The notes under the pieces: generated by a model | The model's database searches: none | Told to the model about the DNA's origin: nothing | What the model saw: only the letters and a program-made list of their open reading frames with translations | Shown: positions 50,962 through 60,161 of the stretch, one piece after another | How the letters are laid out: each line of letters opens with the position of its first letter | How positions within the stretch are numbered: position 1 is the stretch's first letter | Made by a program: the position numbers and the translations under genes | Assembly (NCBI GenBank): GCA_002753565.1 | Contig: PEAM01000007.1 | Coordinates: forward strand, 7,389-71,388 | Direction: 5' to 3' | From: Magnetococcales bacterium | Lineage (GTDB): Bacteria; Pseudomonadota; Magnetococcia; Magnetococcales; JADFYX01 | Length of the DNA: 64,000 nt

Positions 50962-53294
50962 GCCGATGAAGGGATGTCAACCAGGGAGCTCTTCTCGAAA
51001 CGCTTTTGAAAAAGGGGCAGCAGTTCGTCAGAAGGCAAGGGTTTGCTAAAAAAGAACCCCTGGACAGAGTGACAGTTGTTACCCTCTAAGAAACCAAGCT
51101 GTTTTTTAGTCTCTACACCTTCTGCAACCACATTGAGTTTTAGGCTTTTTGCCATGGAAATAACCGCCTCAACAATGGCATCATCTTCTGGATCACACGT
51201 GAGATCTTGAACAAAAGAGCGGTCAATTTTCAGGGTGGTCACCGGAAAGCGTTTAAGATGGTTGAGAGAGGAGAAGCCGGTACCAAAATCATCAATGGCC
51301 AAGGTCACACCCAAAGCACGCAGTTTATTCATGATATCGATGGCCTCTTCCACGTCGCCCATCACCATGCTTTCTGTAATTTCCAACTCCAGAAAGGCCG
51401 GTTGAATCTGGCTCTCCTCAACAATTTTTTTCACCATCTCAACAAAGTTAGGCTCCATAAACTGCCGAGCCGAAAGATTGACCGCAATCTGAACAGGGGT
51501 CGCCAACACTTTGGCCCAACGCACACCCTGTTCACAAGCCTCCGTTAAAACCCACTCCCCCATGGGTACAATCAGCCCTGTCTCTTCCGCAAGGGGGATA
51601 AACTCTGCCGGCCCCATTACCCCCTCCCCGTTTCGGTTCCACCGAACCAACGCCTCCACACCAAACACAGCCCCACTTCCTACATCCACTTTGGGCTGAT
51701 AGTAAAGGCTCAACCTATTGGCCTCGATGGCCTGTTTCAGATCTTGCTCCAGAGCGACCCGGTTGGAGATTAAAGTCTGCAACTCTTTGGAAAATGAGCG
51801 GAAAGTATTCCGTCCCGCCTCTTTGGCCTGATACATGGCAATATCAGCATGTTTACAGAGCACCTCCTGGTCCTGTCCATCATCCGGGTAGAGGGTAATA
51901 CCGATACTTGCCCCTACCTGGGCCTCACCAGCTTTCAAGAAAACCGGCTCTCCTACCCGTTTAATCAAGGTTTGAGCCAGATGGCCCACCTCTTCCGAGT
52001 TGCTGATTTCGGTTAAGATGATGGCAAACTCATCCCCACCCAAACGGGCAACCGTATCCGTACCACGAACACTGGCCTGCATTCTCTGGGCAATAACACA
52101 GAGCAGCTCATCCCCTGCCGCGTGACCAAAGGTGTCGTTGACCTGTTTAAACCGGTCCAGATCGATGAACATAATAGAAAACTTGCTGCCTCTTCGAGAG
52201 GCTGTGGCGATGGCGGCCAAAATGTGTTCGTTAAAAAGGGCACGGTTGGCAAGCTGGGTGAGCTGATCATAGAATGCCAAGGATTTCAGTTTGCTGTTGA
52301 TCGCCTTCTGTTCACTGATGTCGGTAAAAACCCCCACATAGTTTTCATGCTTACCCTGGGCATTTTTGATGACGCTGATGGTGAGCCATTTAGGAAAAAC
52401 CGTTCCATCTTTCTTTCGGTCCCAAATCTCCCCCTCCCAACAACCATGAAGGGATAGCTCCTGCCACATGGCCTCGTAGAACTTTTTATCATGTCGACCG
52501 GATTGTGCTATGTTTGGGTTTTTTCCCAGCACCTCCGCCCGACTGAATCCGGTTAGCTGCTCATACGCCGGGTTGATATCCAGGATTTTTGCCTCGGTGT
52601 TGGTAATAACAATGGCCTCACTGACACTCTCCATCGCCTTTTGGGTCAACTCCAATCGATGGAGCAGCGGTTTGGTAATCCGAAGAAAGAGAAAAACCCC
52701 CAGCCCAATGGCAACCATGCCGACAAGAAAAACAATAGCCGCCGCCCGGATAAAAGGGGCACGAATTTCTTGGATATCGATCTTTGCCACCACACCCAGA
52801 TCGAGAATAGCTACCGGCTCATAAGCCGCCAATACCGTAGCCCCTCGATAGTCCAACCCCACCACCGTACCGGACCGACCCGACAAGGCCCGGCGCATCG
52901 GCTCGGCCAGTTTGGCAGAAAAAGGCACCGGATTGGGCTCAGCCATTTTGGAATGCCGATGGCTTAAGACAAAGTCGATCAGCTCCCCCCTACGTTTGGC
53001 CAGTGTATACTCACCGGTCTTACCGAACCCCTCAAAATATTGATGGGCATCCTTGATTTGTGCGATAGACGCGCCCAAAAAACCCTCTTTATGAGTGGTT
53101 TGGTTATGAATTGAATTGAATCGTGCAACCGCTTCCATCAGCCTGGCTCGGCTCTTGACGGTATCAACCAAGCGGGCTTTTTCCTCTTGAAAGGCGGTTT
53201 GGTAGAGGATGGCCACAGCGATGCCACCAACAAGAACAACCAGTAGCGCCATAATGATCACAAGGAGCCAAGGTTGGTATCTATTTTTGTCCAT
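50958..53294 (-). CDS. Membrane sensor diguanylate cyclase/phosphodiesterase (Cache-like periplasmic domain, PAS, GGDEF, EAL)
   Basis: Two TM helices flank a ~170-aa loop. RLGGDEFAIIL (GGDEF), EALVRW, DDFGTGFSSL (EAL). Confidence 0.9.
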   Translation of the reverse strand: MDKNRYQPWLLVIIMALLVVLVGGIAVAILYQTAFQEEKARLVDTVKSRARLMEAVARFNSIHNQTTHKEGFLGASIAQIKDAHQYFEGFGKTGEYTLAKRRGELIDFVLSHRHSKMAEPNPVPFSAKLAEPMRRALSGRSGTVVGLDYRGATVLAAYEPVAILDLGVVAKIDIQEIRAPFIRAAAIVFLVGMVAIGLGVFLFLRITKPLLHRLELTQKAMESVSEAIVITNTEAKILDINPAYEQLTGFSRAEVLGKNPNIAQSGRHDKKFYEAMWQELSLHGCWEGEIWDRKKDGTVFPKWLTISVIKNAQGKHENYVGVFTDISEQKAINSKLKSLAFYDQLTQLANRALFNEHILAAIATASRRGSKFSIMFIDLDRFKQVNDTFGHAAGDELLCVIAQRMQASVRGTDTVARLGGDEFAIILTEISNSEEVGHLAQTLIKRVGEPVFLKAGEAQVGASIGITLYPDDGQDQEVLCKHADIAMYQAKEAGRNTFRSFSKELQTLISNRVALEQDLKQAIEANRLSLYYQPKVDVGSGAVFGVEALVRWNRNGEGVMGPAEFIPLAEETGLIVPMGEWVLTEACEQGVRWAKVLATPVQIAVNLSARQFMEPNFVEMVKKIVEESQIQPAFLELEITESMVMGDVEEAIDIMNKLRALGVTLAIDDFGTGFSSLNHLKRFPVTTLKIDRSFVQDLTCDPEDDAIVEAVISMAKSLKLNVVAEGVETKKQLGFLEGNNCHSVQGFFFSKPLPSDELLPLFQKRFEKSSLVDIPSSA

Positions 53295-53427
53295 AAAAAC
53301 GATCCACTATACTGACTATCCATTGTGTAACAAAAACAGATGAGTCCCTCCGCAAATGAAATAAATCGATTGCCTGTACAATCGCAACTATTTGATAAAT
53401 TACTGGAAGACTTTACTCGGACGGTGA

Positions 53428-53442
53428 TTAATACGGTATTAA
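53428..53442. promoter_or_regulatory. Perfect 7-1-7 palindrome TTAATACGGTATTAA
   Basis: Lies in the 160-bp gap between the M23 peptidase stop (53455) and the GGDEF-EAL start (53294). Confidence 0.3.
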
Positions 53443-53454
53443 CACGTCAACAAA

Positions 53455-54471
53455 CTATCGAGTTCTCTTGTTGAGACTACTCCTTCCTTCCACCAATTGG
53501 TAGGATGGATGGTGTTGATTTTGTTGTACACTCGCTTTAATACGATCAACCAGGTGGGACCATTGAATCTCTTGCTCTGACTGGAAGATCCCCTTAAAAT
53601 TTTTCACACTTAACGTCATAAAAGGGGCTGGATTTTTTGCCTTGAGAAGATAACGGACACCGTAATGGAGGTGGGGACCATCCACTACCCCACTCTGACC
53701 GGATAGACCGATCGTATCGCCCTTTTTAACAAAGTCACCCTTTTTAACCAAGATTTTTTTCAGATGCCCAAAACTGGTTTTGAAACCATGGTTGTGATGG
53801 ATAATAATCAGGCGACCGGATGGATCGTTTTTTCTTCGAACCCCCGCAAACTCCACCACCCCATCCGCCGTACTGACCACAGGTGTACCCAGCGGTGCCC
53901 TCAGGTCAACACCATTATGAGGAAGTCTGGAGCCGTGGACGGGATGCACACGCACCCCAAAAGGGCTGGTCACCCCTTTAAAAGGAACCGGATAACCACT
54001 TGGAATATCTTGCAAAAATTTAGCAACAAACAACCTCTCATCCTCTTCCTTAGGAATCACATAGCTCATGATAAGAGAGTCGATGGCCTGCCGAAAACTG
54101 GGATCTGCAGCTGAGTATGTCGGGGTTTTGACAGAAAAAAGGCGAAACAGCTCATCTACGGCGTCAAGATTAGGGGATAGATCAGATAAAGTCTTCAAAC
54201 CAGCTGAACCGCTCATCCTCTCTTTCTGCTCTGACAAAATAGTGACACCCGGGCCCATTGCAACGGTTCTCAACGGTTCAAAAAGCAACTCTTTCTCATT
54301 TTCAACATTGATATCAACAAGTTGTGCAGAAACAGAAAAAATCCCCAAAACAAGAAGTGTGATGAGGGAACTTAGCACCCTTACCCCAAAAACCCCGGAA
54401 AACAACCCGGTGTGAGCATCTGTTCGCTTTGAAAAATGGTTATTGCACCCTTTGTCTCTGGCTTCTATCAT
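53455..54471 (-). CDS. M23-family metallopeptidase
   Basis: HNGVDLRAPLGTPVVSTADGVV and GPHLHYGVRY (HxxxD / HxH motifs). N-terminal TM/signal anchor. Confidence 0.85.
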   Translation of the reverse strand: MIEARDKGCNNHFSKRTDAHTGLFSGVFGVRVLSSLITLLVLGIFSVSAQLVDINVENEKELLFEPLRTVAMGPGVTILSEQKERMSGSAGLKTLSDLSPNLDAVDELFRLFSVKTPTYSAADPSFRQAIDSLIMSYVIPKEEDERLFVAKFLQDIPSGYPVPFKGVTSPFGVRVHPVHGSRLPHNGVDLRAPLGTPVVSTADGVVEFAGVRRKNDPSGRLIIIHHNHGFKTSFGHLKKILVKKGDFVKKGDTIGLSGQSGVVDGPHLHYGVRYLLKAKNPAPFMTLSVKNFKGIFQSEQEIQWSHLVDRIKASVQQNQHHPSYQLVEGRSSLNKRTR

Positions 54472-54654
54472 GTCAGTTTAAACCCTTGGCCCCTCATTGG
54501 GTGATCAAATCAGATCAACCTATCTATTAACAATATATTAACAAATAGAGCAGACCCTGAAACATTTCAACAAAAAAACGCCTTGCCCTACCACTCCATT
54601 TGACTGGTACAAGCAGGTCACTCCTTACTTCTATCGGTTGTACAAGGGAAAATC

Positions 54655-55074
54655 ATGAAAAGTTTTCGTAAAGAGCTTTGGTTTCAAACCTCCTCCAGGA
54701 GAGCGTTCATCAATATTACCTCTCAGGTAGAGAAGGCCATCCGGGAGAGTGGCATCAAGGAGGGGTTGGTACTGGTCAACGCCATGCATATCACCGCCTC
54801 GGTCTTTATCAATGATCAAGAGACCGGGCTGCACCAGGACTATGAAAAATGGTTGGAACAGTTGGCTCCCCATGCCCCCATCAGCCAATATCGACACAAC
54901 GATACCGGAGAAGACAATGCCGACGCCCATATGAAGCGTCAAATTATGGGACGGGAAGTGGTGGTAGCTCTTACCAAAGGGCGTCTGGATTTTGGAACTT
55001 GGGAACAGATTTTTTATGGAGAATTTGACGGAAAAAGAAAAAAAAGGGTACTCATCAAAATTATCGGGGAGTAA
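54655..55074 (+). CDS. YjbQ/UPF0047 family (secondary thiamine-phosphate synthase)
   Basis: 139 aa. Family pattern [36 protein letters not shown]...DNADAHMK...[13 protein letters not shown]. Confidence 0.85.
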   Translation: MKSFRKELWFQTSSRRAFINITSQVEKAIRESGIKEGLVLVNAMHITASVFINDQETGLHQDYEKWLEQLAPHAPISQYRHNDTGEDNADAHMKRQIMGREVVVALTKGRLDFGTWEQIFYGEFDGKRKKRVLIKIIGE

Positions 55075-55091
55075 TCAACCCAAGCCAAGAA

Positions 55092-55126
55092 GGTTGGGAA
55101 AGGGGAGGCTCCTCCCTTTCCCAACC
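55092..55126. terminator. Long hairpin between convergent yjbQ-like and small zinc-finger ORFs
   Basis: GGTTGGGAAAGGGGAGG-CT-CCTCCCTTTCCCAACC (16 bp with one bulge). There is no clear U-tract. Confidence 0.45.
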
Positions 55127-55140
55127 CTCTTGTCAGCAAC

Positions 55141-55305
55141 TCATCCCCCCTCCAAACTTCGCGCATCCCCACTACCCTGACACCACTCACAAGGGACAAG
55201 TTCCGTATCTAAATCAAGAGATAGACGTGTCCCGGTACCATTACACTCTTCACACTCCCCTTCCTGCAGACCGAGGAGATCCTGGGTTGAAAGTCCCTGT
55301 TCCAT
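55141..55305 (-). CDS. Small protein with two DnaJ-type CxxCxGxG zinc-finger motifs
   Basis: MEQGLSTQDLLGLQEGECEECNGTGTRLSLDLDTELVPCEWCQGSGDARSLEGG. ATG 55305 has GGAG 6 nt upstream; the track ORF extends to a TTG at 55335. Confidence 0.45.
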   Translation of the reverse strand: MEQGLSTQDLLGLQEGECEECNGTGTRLSLDLDTELVPCEWCQGSGDARSLEGG

Positions 55306-55683
55306 TTCATACTCCATCCTAACATTGACGGGCAACGCCCGAGGGGCAACTCTTTTGGTTTTTGTTGGGGAACCCTATCACCTTTTCCTTTTGGCCTCAA
55401 CATTGCAATCCACTCACTTCGTTGGTCGGGTTTTCTGGAAGCTGAACGAAACTATACAGAAATAAATCTAACAGAGAACGGCATTCTCAGAAAACCTGAC
55501 CAATGACTTTTTTTCATTTTTTAATGAACAGATCAGATCGCATCAAGGATTTCAACCAGTTTGATGCTTTTGTATATTAAGAAAACAATGGGATGGAAGA
55601 CTAATTTTAGTACAGGGCTTCCGATAGAGTAATGAGTAGAACATCTCTACTATATTACGTTATTTATATTAATAATAGTAAAA

Positions 55684-56535
55684 ATGGAGTATTTCATGGG
55701 TGCTTTTCCCTCCCCCCCTTCCGAGATCAACGATCTGCCACCACAAGTCCAAGCCTATGCTCAGGCTGCCGCCCTGGCGGATAATACACGGGCTGCCTAC
55801 TGGGGGGATCTACGGCGTTTTGTCGAGTGGGGTGGAGAGGTTCCTGCTTCCTCGAAAATGGTCGCGTCCTATCTGGTTGCCCATGCCAACTCCCACAAAT
55901 ATGCCACACTGGCTCGCTGGAAGGTCTCCATCGGAAAATCCCACACAGCCCAGGGACTGCCCGACCCCACCAAAACCGAGTTGGTTCATGCGGTGCTTAA
56001 AGGGATTAAGCAAAAACATGGACAAGATCAACGTCAGGTTGCCCCCCTGACCAAAGAGAAAATTATCGCCATGGTCTCCAACATGGGAGAGCGCCTGAAG
56101 GATAAGCGGGACAAAGCACTGATTTTAGTGGGATTTGCAGGAGGACTGCGCCGCTCTGATTTAATCTCTCTAGAGCGTGAAAACCTCTCTGAACGGGAAG
56201 AGGGCTGGGAGATTGTTCTGCCTAAAAGCCAAGTCGCCATCCCCACTGCCAGCGGTTCTGTTTGTGCCGTCAAGGCACTGAAAGAGTGGTTGGATGTGTC
56301 TGAAATCAATGAAGGGGCCGTGTTTCAAGGGATCAATCGCCACGGAAAACGTTCCGGCAAACCCCTCACCGGTCATGGCGTGGCGCTGATCGTCAAGGAG
56401 CGGGTGCAATCTATTGGCCTGGACCCAGCCCATTACAGTGGATTCAGCTTAAGAGCAGGGTTGATCTCCAGCGCGGCCGATCAGGGAATCTCTCTTCGAC
56501 ACGCCACCTCACTCAATGGACATGGTGTCCTTTAA
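55684..56535 (+). CDS. Tyrosine recombinase/phage-integrase family protein, C-terminally truncated (probably non-catalytic remnant)
   Basis: N-terminal SAM-like core-binding region (TRAAYWGDLRRFVEW). Catalytic Arg box LVGFAGGLRRSDL. The HxxR box reads GFSLRAG. The ORF ends ...SLNGHGVL* before the expected Tyr. The likely start is ATG 55696 (GGAG 6 nt upstream). Confidence 0.7.
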   Translation: MEYFMGAFPSPPSEINDLPPQVQAYAQAAALADNTRAAYWGDLRRFVEWGGEVPASSKMVASYLVAHANSHKYATLARWKVSIGKSHTAQGLPDPTKTELVHAVLKGIKQKHGQDQRQVAPLTKEKIIAMVSNMGERLKDKRDKALILVGFAGGLRRSDLISLERENLSEREEGWEIVLPKSQVAIPTASGSVCAVKALKEWLDVSEINEGAVFQGINRHGKRSGKPLTGHGVALIVKERVQSIGLDPAHYSGFSLRAGLISSAADQGISLRHATSLNGHGVL

Positions 56536-56539
56536 TTTT

Positions 56540-56556
56540 CGTTAAGTAAGTTAACG
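56540..56556. promoter_or_regulatory. Perfect-armed 6-5-6 palindrome CGTTAAGTAAGTTAACG (third copy of the CGWTAA-N5-TTAWCG motif)
   Basis: 5 nt after the integrase stop and 80 nt upstream of the ampG ATG. 14/17 identical to the motif copies at 44125 and 46700. Confidence 0.45.
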
Positions 56557-56587
56557 TCAGGTATTACCGTTACCTGACGTTAACTTA
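56547..56587 (+). terminator. 17-bp perfect-stem hairpin, probable intrinsic terminator
   Basis: TAAGTTAACGTCAGGTA (56547-56563), loop TTACCGT, TACCTGACGTTAACTTA (56571-56587), followed by TCCCCCCTTTTAT. Confidence 0.55.
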
Positions 56588-56635
56588 TCCCCCCTTTTAT
56601 CCGCAAGCCAACACCTCCCCCTCCGACAGGTCATT

Positions 56636-57985
56636 ATGGATCAAACGGGCATCAACCGTTGGCTAGGCTCCCTGTCCCTCTACAGAGAACCTCGTCTGAT
56701 CGCTATTCTGTTTCTGGGATTTTCCAGCGGCCTCCCCCTGGCCCTGACCTTTGGCACCTTGACACTCTGGCTGGCTGAATCGGGTATCAGCAAAACCTCC
56801 ATCGGCCTCTTTGCCTTGGCTGGGGCACCCTACACCTTTAAGTTTCTCTGGGCGCCACTGATAGACCGCCTCCCCCTGCCTTTTCTCACGGGGCGGTTTG
56901 GACGTCGTCGAGGTTGGATGCTGCTGACCCAGGTCGCCTTGATGATCTCTATTCTTGGCTTGGGGTGGTCCAACCCACAACAGGCCCCCTTCACCACCGC
57001 CCTCTTCGCCCTGCTGACCGCTTTTTGGTCGGCAAGCCAAGATATTGTCATCGATGCCTACCGGGTTGAAATTCTCGAGGAACACCAGTATGGGGCTGGA
57101 GCCGCCATGGTGGTTTTGGGCTATCGGCTGGGTATGCTGGTCTCTGGTGCGGGTGCGCTCTACCTGGCCACCTTCCTGGGGTGGCACTGGACCTATGCGA
57201 TCATGTCGGCCACACTGGGTATTGGGGTTATCACGGTACTGCTCAACCCAGAACCGGCACAACAAGAGAGCGCAGCCTCTCAACAGCAAGAGGCCAGACT
57301 GCAAACCTATCTGCAAAATCGCCCTTGGTTGAGGGGATGGCGTGGAAAAGGGGTCGCTTGGTTTTCAGGAGCGGTTATCGCCCCCTTTTCTGAGTTTATG
57401 ACCCGGCGTGGCTGGCTGCTTATTCTGTTGTTTATCCTGCTCTATAAGTTTGGCGATGCCCTGGCGGGGGTGATGAGCAACCCTTTTTATGTGGAGTTGG
57501 GGTTTTCTAAAATCGAGATTGCCAACGTCAGCAAGCTCTTTGGTCTGGCTACCCTGATTATTGGCAGTTTTATGGGGGGCGCACTGGTCAGCCGGGTGGG
57601 GATCATGAAGGGGTTGTTGTGGTGTGGCCTGCTGCAGATGGTATCCAACCTGATGTTTGTCTGGCTGGCCCACACCGGTTATGACATGACAGCGCTGACA
57701 CTGACCATTGCCATAGAAAACCTCAGTAGTGGTATGGGCATGGCGGCGTTTGTCTCCTATCTTTCGGCTTTGTGTAATGTCGCCTACACCGCCACACAAT
57801 ATGCCCTGCTCTCTTCCCTGATGGCCTTTGGTCGCACCCTGCTCTCCTCGTCAGGTGGCTGGTTTGCCGACCAGATGAGTTGGGGGGCTTTTTTCTTGTT
57901 GACCACGGCAGCCGCCCTGCCGGGCCTGCTGTTGCTGCTCTGGATGATCCGTCGTTTTCCCCTTCAAAAAGAGCCTCTGCGCTAG
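56636..57985 (+). CDS. ampG: AmpG-family MFS muropeptide permease
   Basis: 449 aa, ~12 TM. N-terminal family pattern FLGFSSGLPLALTFGTLTLWLAESGISKTSIGLFALAGAPYTFKFLWAPLIDR. Confidence 0.85.
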   Translation: MDQTGINRWLGSLSLYREPRLIAILFLGFSSGLPLALTFGTLTLWLAESGISKTSIGLFALAGAPYTFKFLWAPLIDRLPLPFLTGRFGRRRGWMLLTQVALMISILGLGWSNPQQAPFTTALFALLTAFWSASQDIVIDAYRVEILEEHQYGAGAAMVVLGYRLGMLVSGAGALYLATFLGWHWTYAIMSATLGIGVITVLLNPEPAQQESAASQQQEARLQTYLQNRPWLRGWRGKGVAWFSGAVIAPFSEFMTRRGWLLILLFILLYKFGDALAGVMSNPFYVELGFSKIEIANVSKLFGLATLIIGSFMGGALVSRVGIMKGLLWCGLLQMVSNLMFVWLAHTGYDMTALTLTIAIENLSSGMGMAAFVSYLSALCNVAYTATQYALLSSLMAFGRTLLSSSGGWFADQMSWGAFFLLTTAAALPGLLLLLWMIRRFPLQKEPLR

Positions 57986-58073
57986 GAAAAGGTGACTTAT
58001 TCCTGGGCAGATCCGTTAAATTTGCTATCATGGTCAGGCTTAAATTATTTAACCAATCAGCCAGGAGTCTGCC

Positions 58074-58385
58074 ATGAGTGTTCTGTTAGAGTTTTCCATG
58101 ACCCCCCTCGATAAGGGAGAGAGTGTCAGCCCTTACGTCTCCCGCTCTCTGGATATCATCGACAAAAGTGGCGTCTCCTATCGTCTGGGTCCGATGGGAA
58201 CCTGCCTGGAGGGTGAGTGGGACGAGGTGATGGGGGTGGTTAAATCCTGTCTGGATACCATGCGGAGCGACTGCAACCGGGTCTCGGTGACCATCAAGAT
58301 GGATATACGCCAAGGGGCTACGGAGCGGCTGACGGGCAAGATTGAAAGTGTGGAAAAAAAACTGGGCCGCCCCGTCAATAAATAG
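58074..58385 (+). CDS. MTH1187/YkoF-type (UPF0045) thiamine-binding-fold protein
   Basis: 103 aa. LLEFSMTPLDKGESVSPYVSRSLDIIDKSGVSYRLGPMGTCLEGEWDEVM is the family pattern. Confidence 0.8.
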   Translation: MSVLLEFSMTPLDKGESVSPYVSRSLDIIDKSGVSYRLGPMGTCLEGEWDEVMGVVKSCLDTMRSDCNRVSVTIKMDIRQGATERLTGKIESVEKKLGRPVNK

Positions 58386-58507
58386 CCTTGGACTCTGGCT
58401 GACTAACCGGTTAGAATCAGTTAATGAGAGTTTAAACGGTTCAACTCGTCATCAGGAGCGCTTTATCTCCCCTTTGGGTCATCACCCCTTTTCAACAACC
58501 ATTCACC

Positions 58508-59140
58508 ATGCGTATTGGCCTCGACTTCGACAACACTTTGGCAAACTATGAGACCCTTTTTTCCGACGTCGCCCAGGAGATGGGGTGGTTGACGAACAGA
58601 GCAGACAGCTCTGGACCCTGGACAAAAAACAGGGTCCGAGAGCATATTCGTGCCCTGTCTGATGGTGAGATCAAGTGGCAGACCCTGCAGGCCAGTGTCT
58701 ACGGTCCCAGAATGAACGAGGCCCGATTGATGGACGGGGTCTCGGACTTTTTAACAACCGCGGCCAGTCGACAGGCCGAACTGTTCATCGTCAGCCATAA
58801 AACCCAATTTGCCCGTCAAGATACCTCACACCACCATAATCTGCACAAAGCAGCACAATCCTGGATGGAGCAGCAGGGGTTTTTCTCTGTGGAGGGGTTT
58901 GGACTTTTGCCTGAACAGCTTTTTTTCACCGCAACCCGGTCAGAAAAAGTGGCCCGGATTGCACAACTGAAATGTGACGTTTTTATCGACGATCTCCCCG
59001 AGGTTTTTAACGAACCGGGATTTCCCGCCGCCACCCATAAAATACTCTTTTCTCCCCACACCCCCCCCGACAAAAAAGGGGCTTATCCAAGCTTCAACCA
59101 CTGGCGTGCCATTGAAAAGGAGCTTTTTGCTCTTGATTAA
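58508..59140 (+). CDS. HAD-superfamily hydrolase/phosphatase
   Basis: Motif I LDFDNTL (DxDxT), motif II IVSHKT, distal FIDD acidic motif. 210 aa. Confidence 0.75.
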   Translation: MRIGLDFDNTLANYETLFSDVAQEMGWLTNRADSSGPWTKNRVREHIRALSDGEIKWQTLQASVYGPRMNEARLMDGVSDFLTTAASRQAELFIVSHKTQFARQDTSHHHNLHKAAQSWMEQQGFFSVEGFGLLPEQLFFTATRSEKVARIAQLKCDVFIDDLPEVFNEPGFPAATHKILFSPHTPPDKKGAYPSFNHWRAIEKELFALD

Positions 59141-60161
59141 ATCTGATGGGGAGCTGCTATCCATTGCCGAAAAACTGACTCAAGAGCCGGTTCTTGAGCT
59201 TAAAATGGCCCTAAAGGGTGGCAACAACCGACTGTTCAAGATCACCACGCCAAGCCAACACTACGCCTTGAAATTTCATCTCCACCTTTCCGGTGATCCC
59301 CGTGACCGCCAAGGTGTGGAGACCCAGGCCCTGACTTTTTTGCAGGCCCACGGGTCAATCCAGACGCCCAAACTCTATGGGGTGGACAGGGTCAATCGAT
59401 GTTCTCTCATGGAGTGGATTGATGGCGAACCCATTGCCACCCCCAGCCACAAAGAGATTGGGGCAGCACTCCAGCTGGTAGCAACCCTGCACCGCCTGGG
59501 CCAGGCTCCCGAAGCCCGGAATCTACCCCTGGCCTCTGCGGCCAGCCTCTCGGGGAGAGCCGTTGAGAGACAGCTTGAAAATCGTCTGGCACAACTGCAG
59601 CCTTCGTTGGCAGAACACCCCTCGCTGGCCGACTTTATTCGGGCAGATTTTACCCCTTTTCTCCAGCAGGCCATTCAACACGCTCAGGAGAACTACCAGA
59701 AGGCCAACCAGGATTTTGATGCCGATATTGGTGATGAAAAACGCCTGTTAAGCCCTTCAGACTTCGGTTTTCACAACGCTTTACGCCATCGGGATGGTCA
59801 TCTGGTTTTTCTCGATTTTGAATATTTTGGCTGGGATGATCCATGTAAAATGTGCTGCGATTTCCTTCTGCACTCAGGCATGGATATTGCGACTGAACAA
59901 AAAAAAGCCTTTACCTTGGGGGTGGTGGATATTCTGCAATCCGACACCAATCTCTCCTTCAGGATCACACAGCTCTACCCCCTTTTTGGTCTCTGTTGGT
60001 GCCTGATCATTCTGAATGAATTTATTCCACAAAGGTGGCAAAGAAGGGTGCTGGCTGCTGGAGAGACCTTGGACAGACAGAGAATTTTGACTCAACAACT
60101 TGCTAAAGCTCAACAGCTTTTAGACTCTCTACAGCGAGAGCCGTTAGGATGGATATCATGA
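59133..60161 (+). CDS. APH/choline-kinase-like phosphotransferase
   Basis: The track ORF 58974..60161 overlaps the HAD gene. The probable start is TTG 59133 (or 59127) after AAGGAG. Gly-loop LKGGNNRLFKI, then a catalytic loop and metal motif FGFHNALRHRDGHLVFLDFEYFGWDDP. Confidence 0.7.
   Translation: MIKSDGELLSIAEKLTQEPVLELKMALKGGNNRLFKITTPSQHYALKFHLHLSGDPRDRQGVETQALTFLQAHGSIQTPKLYGVDRVNRCSLMEWIDGEPIATPSHKEIGAALQLVATLHRLGQAPEARNLPLASAASLSGRAVERQLENRLAQLQPSLAEHPSLADFIRADFTPFLQQAIQHAQENYQKANQDFDADIGDEKRLLSPSDFGFHNALRHRDGHLVFLDFEYFGWDDPCKMCCDFLLHSGMDIATEQKKAFTLGVVDILQSDTNLSFRITQLYPLFGLCWCLIILNEFIPQRWQRRVLAAGETLDRQRILTQQLAKAQQLLDSLQREPLGWIS

Larger units (their letters stand above)
55400..56590. 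mobile_element. Possible decayed integrative-element remnant (AT-rich leader + truncated integrase + terminal hairpin)
   Basis: A ~280-bp AT-rich segment, an integrase-family ORF lacking the catalytic Tyr region, and a 17-bp inverted repeat at the 3' side. I saw no flanking direct repeats or tRNA. Confidence 0.3.
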
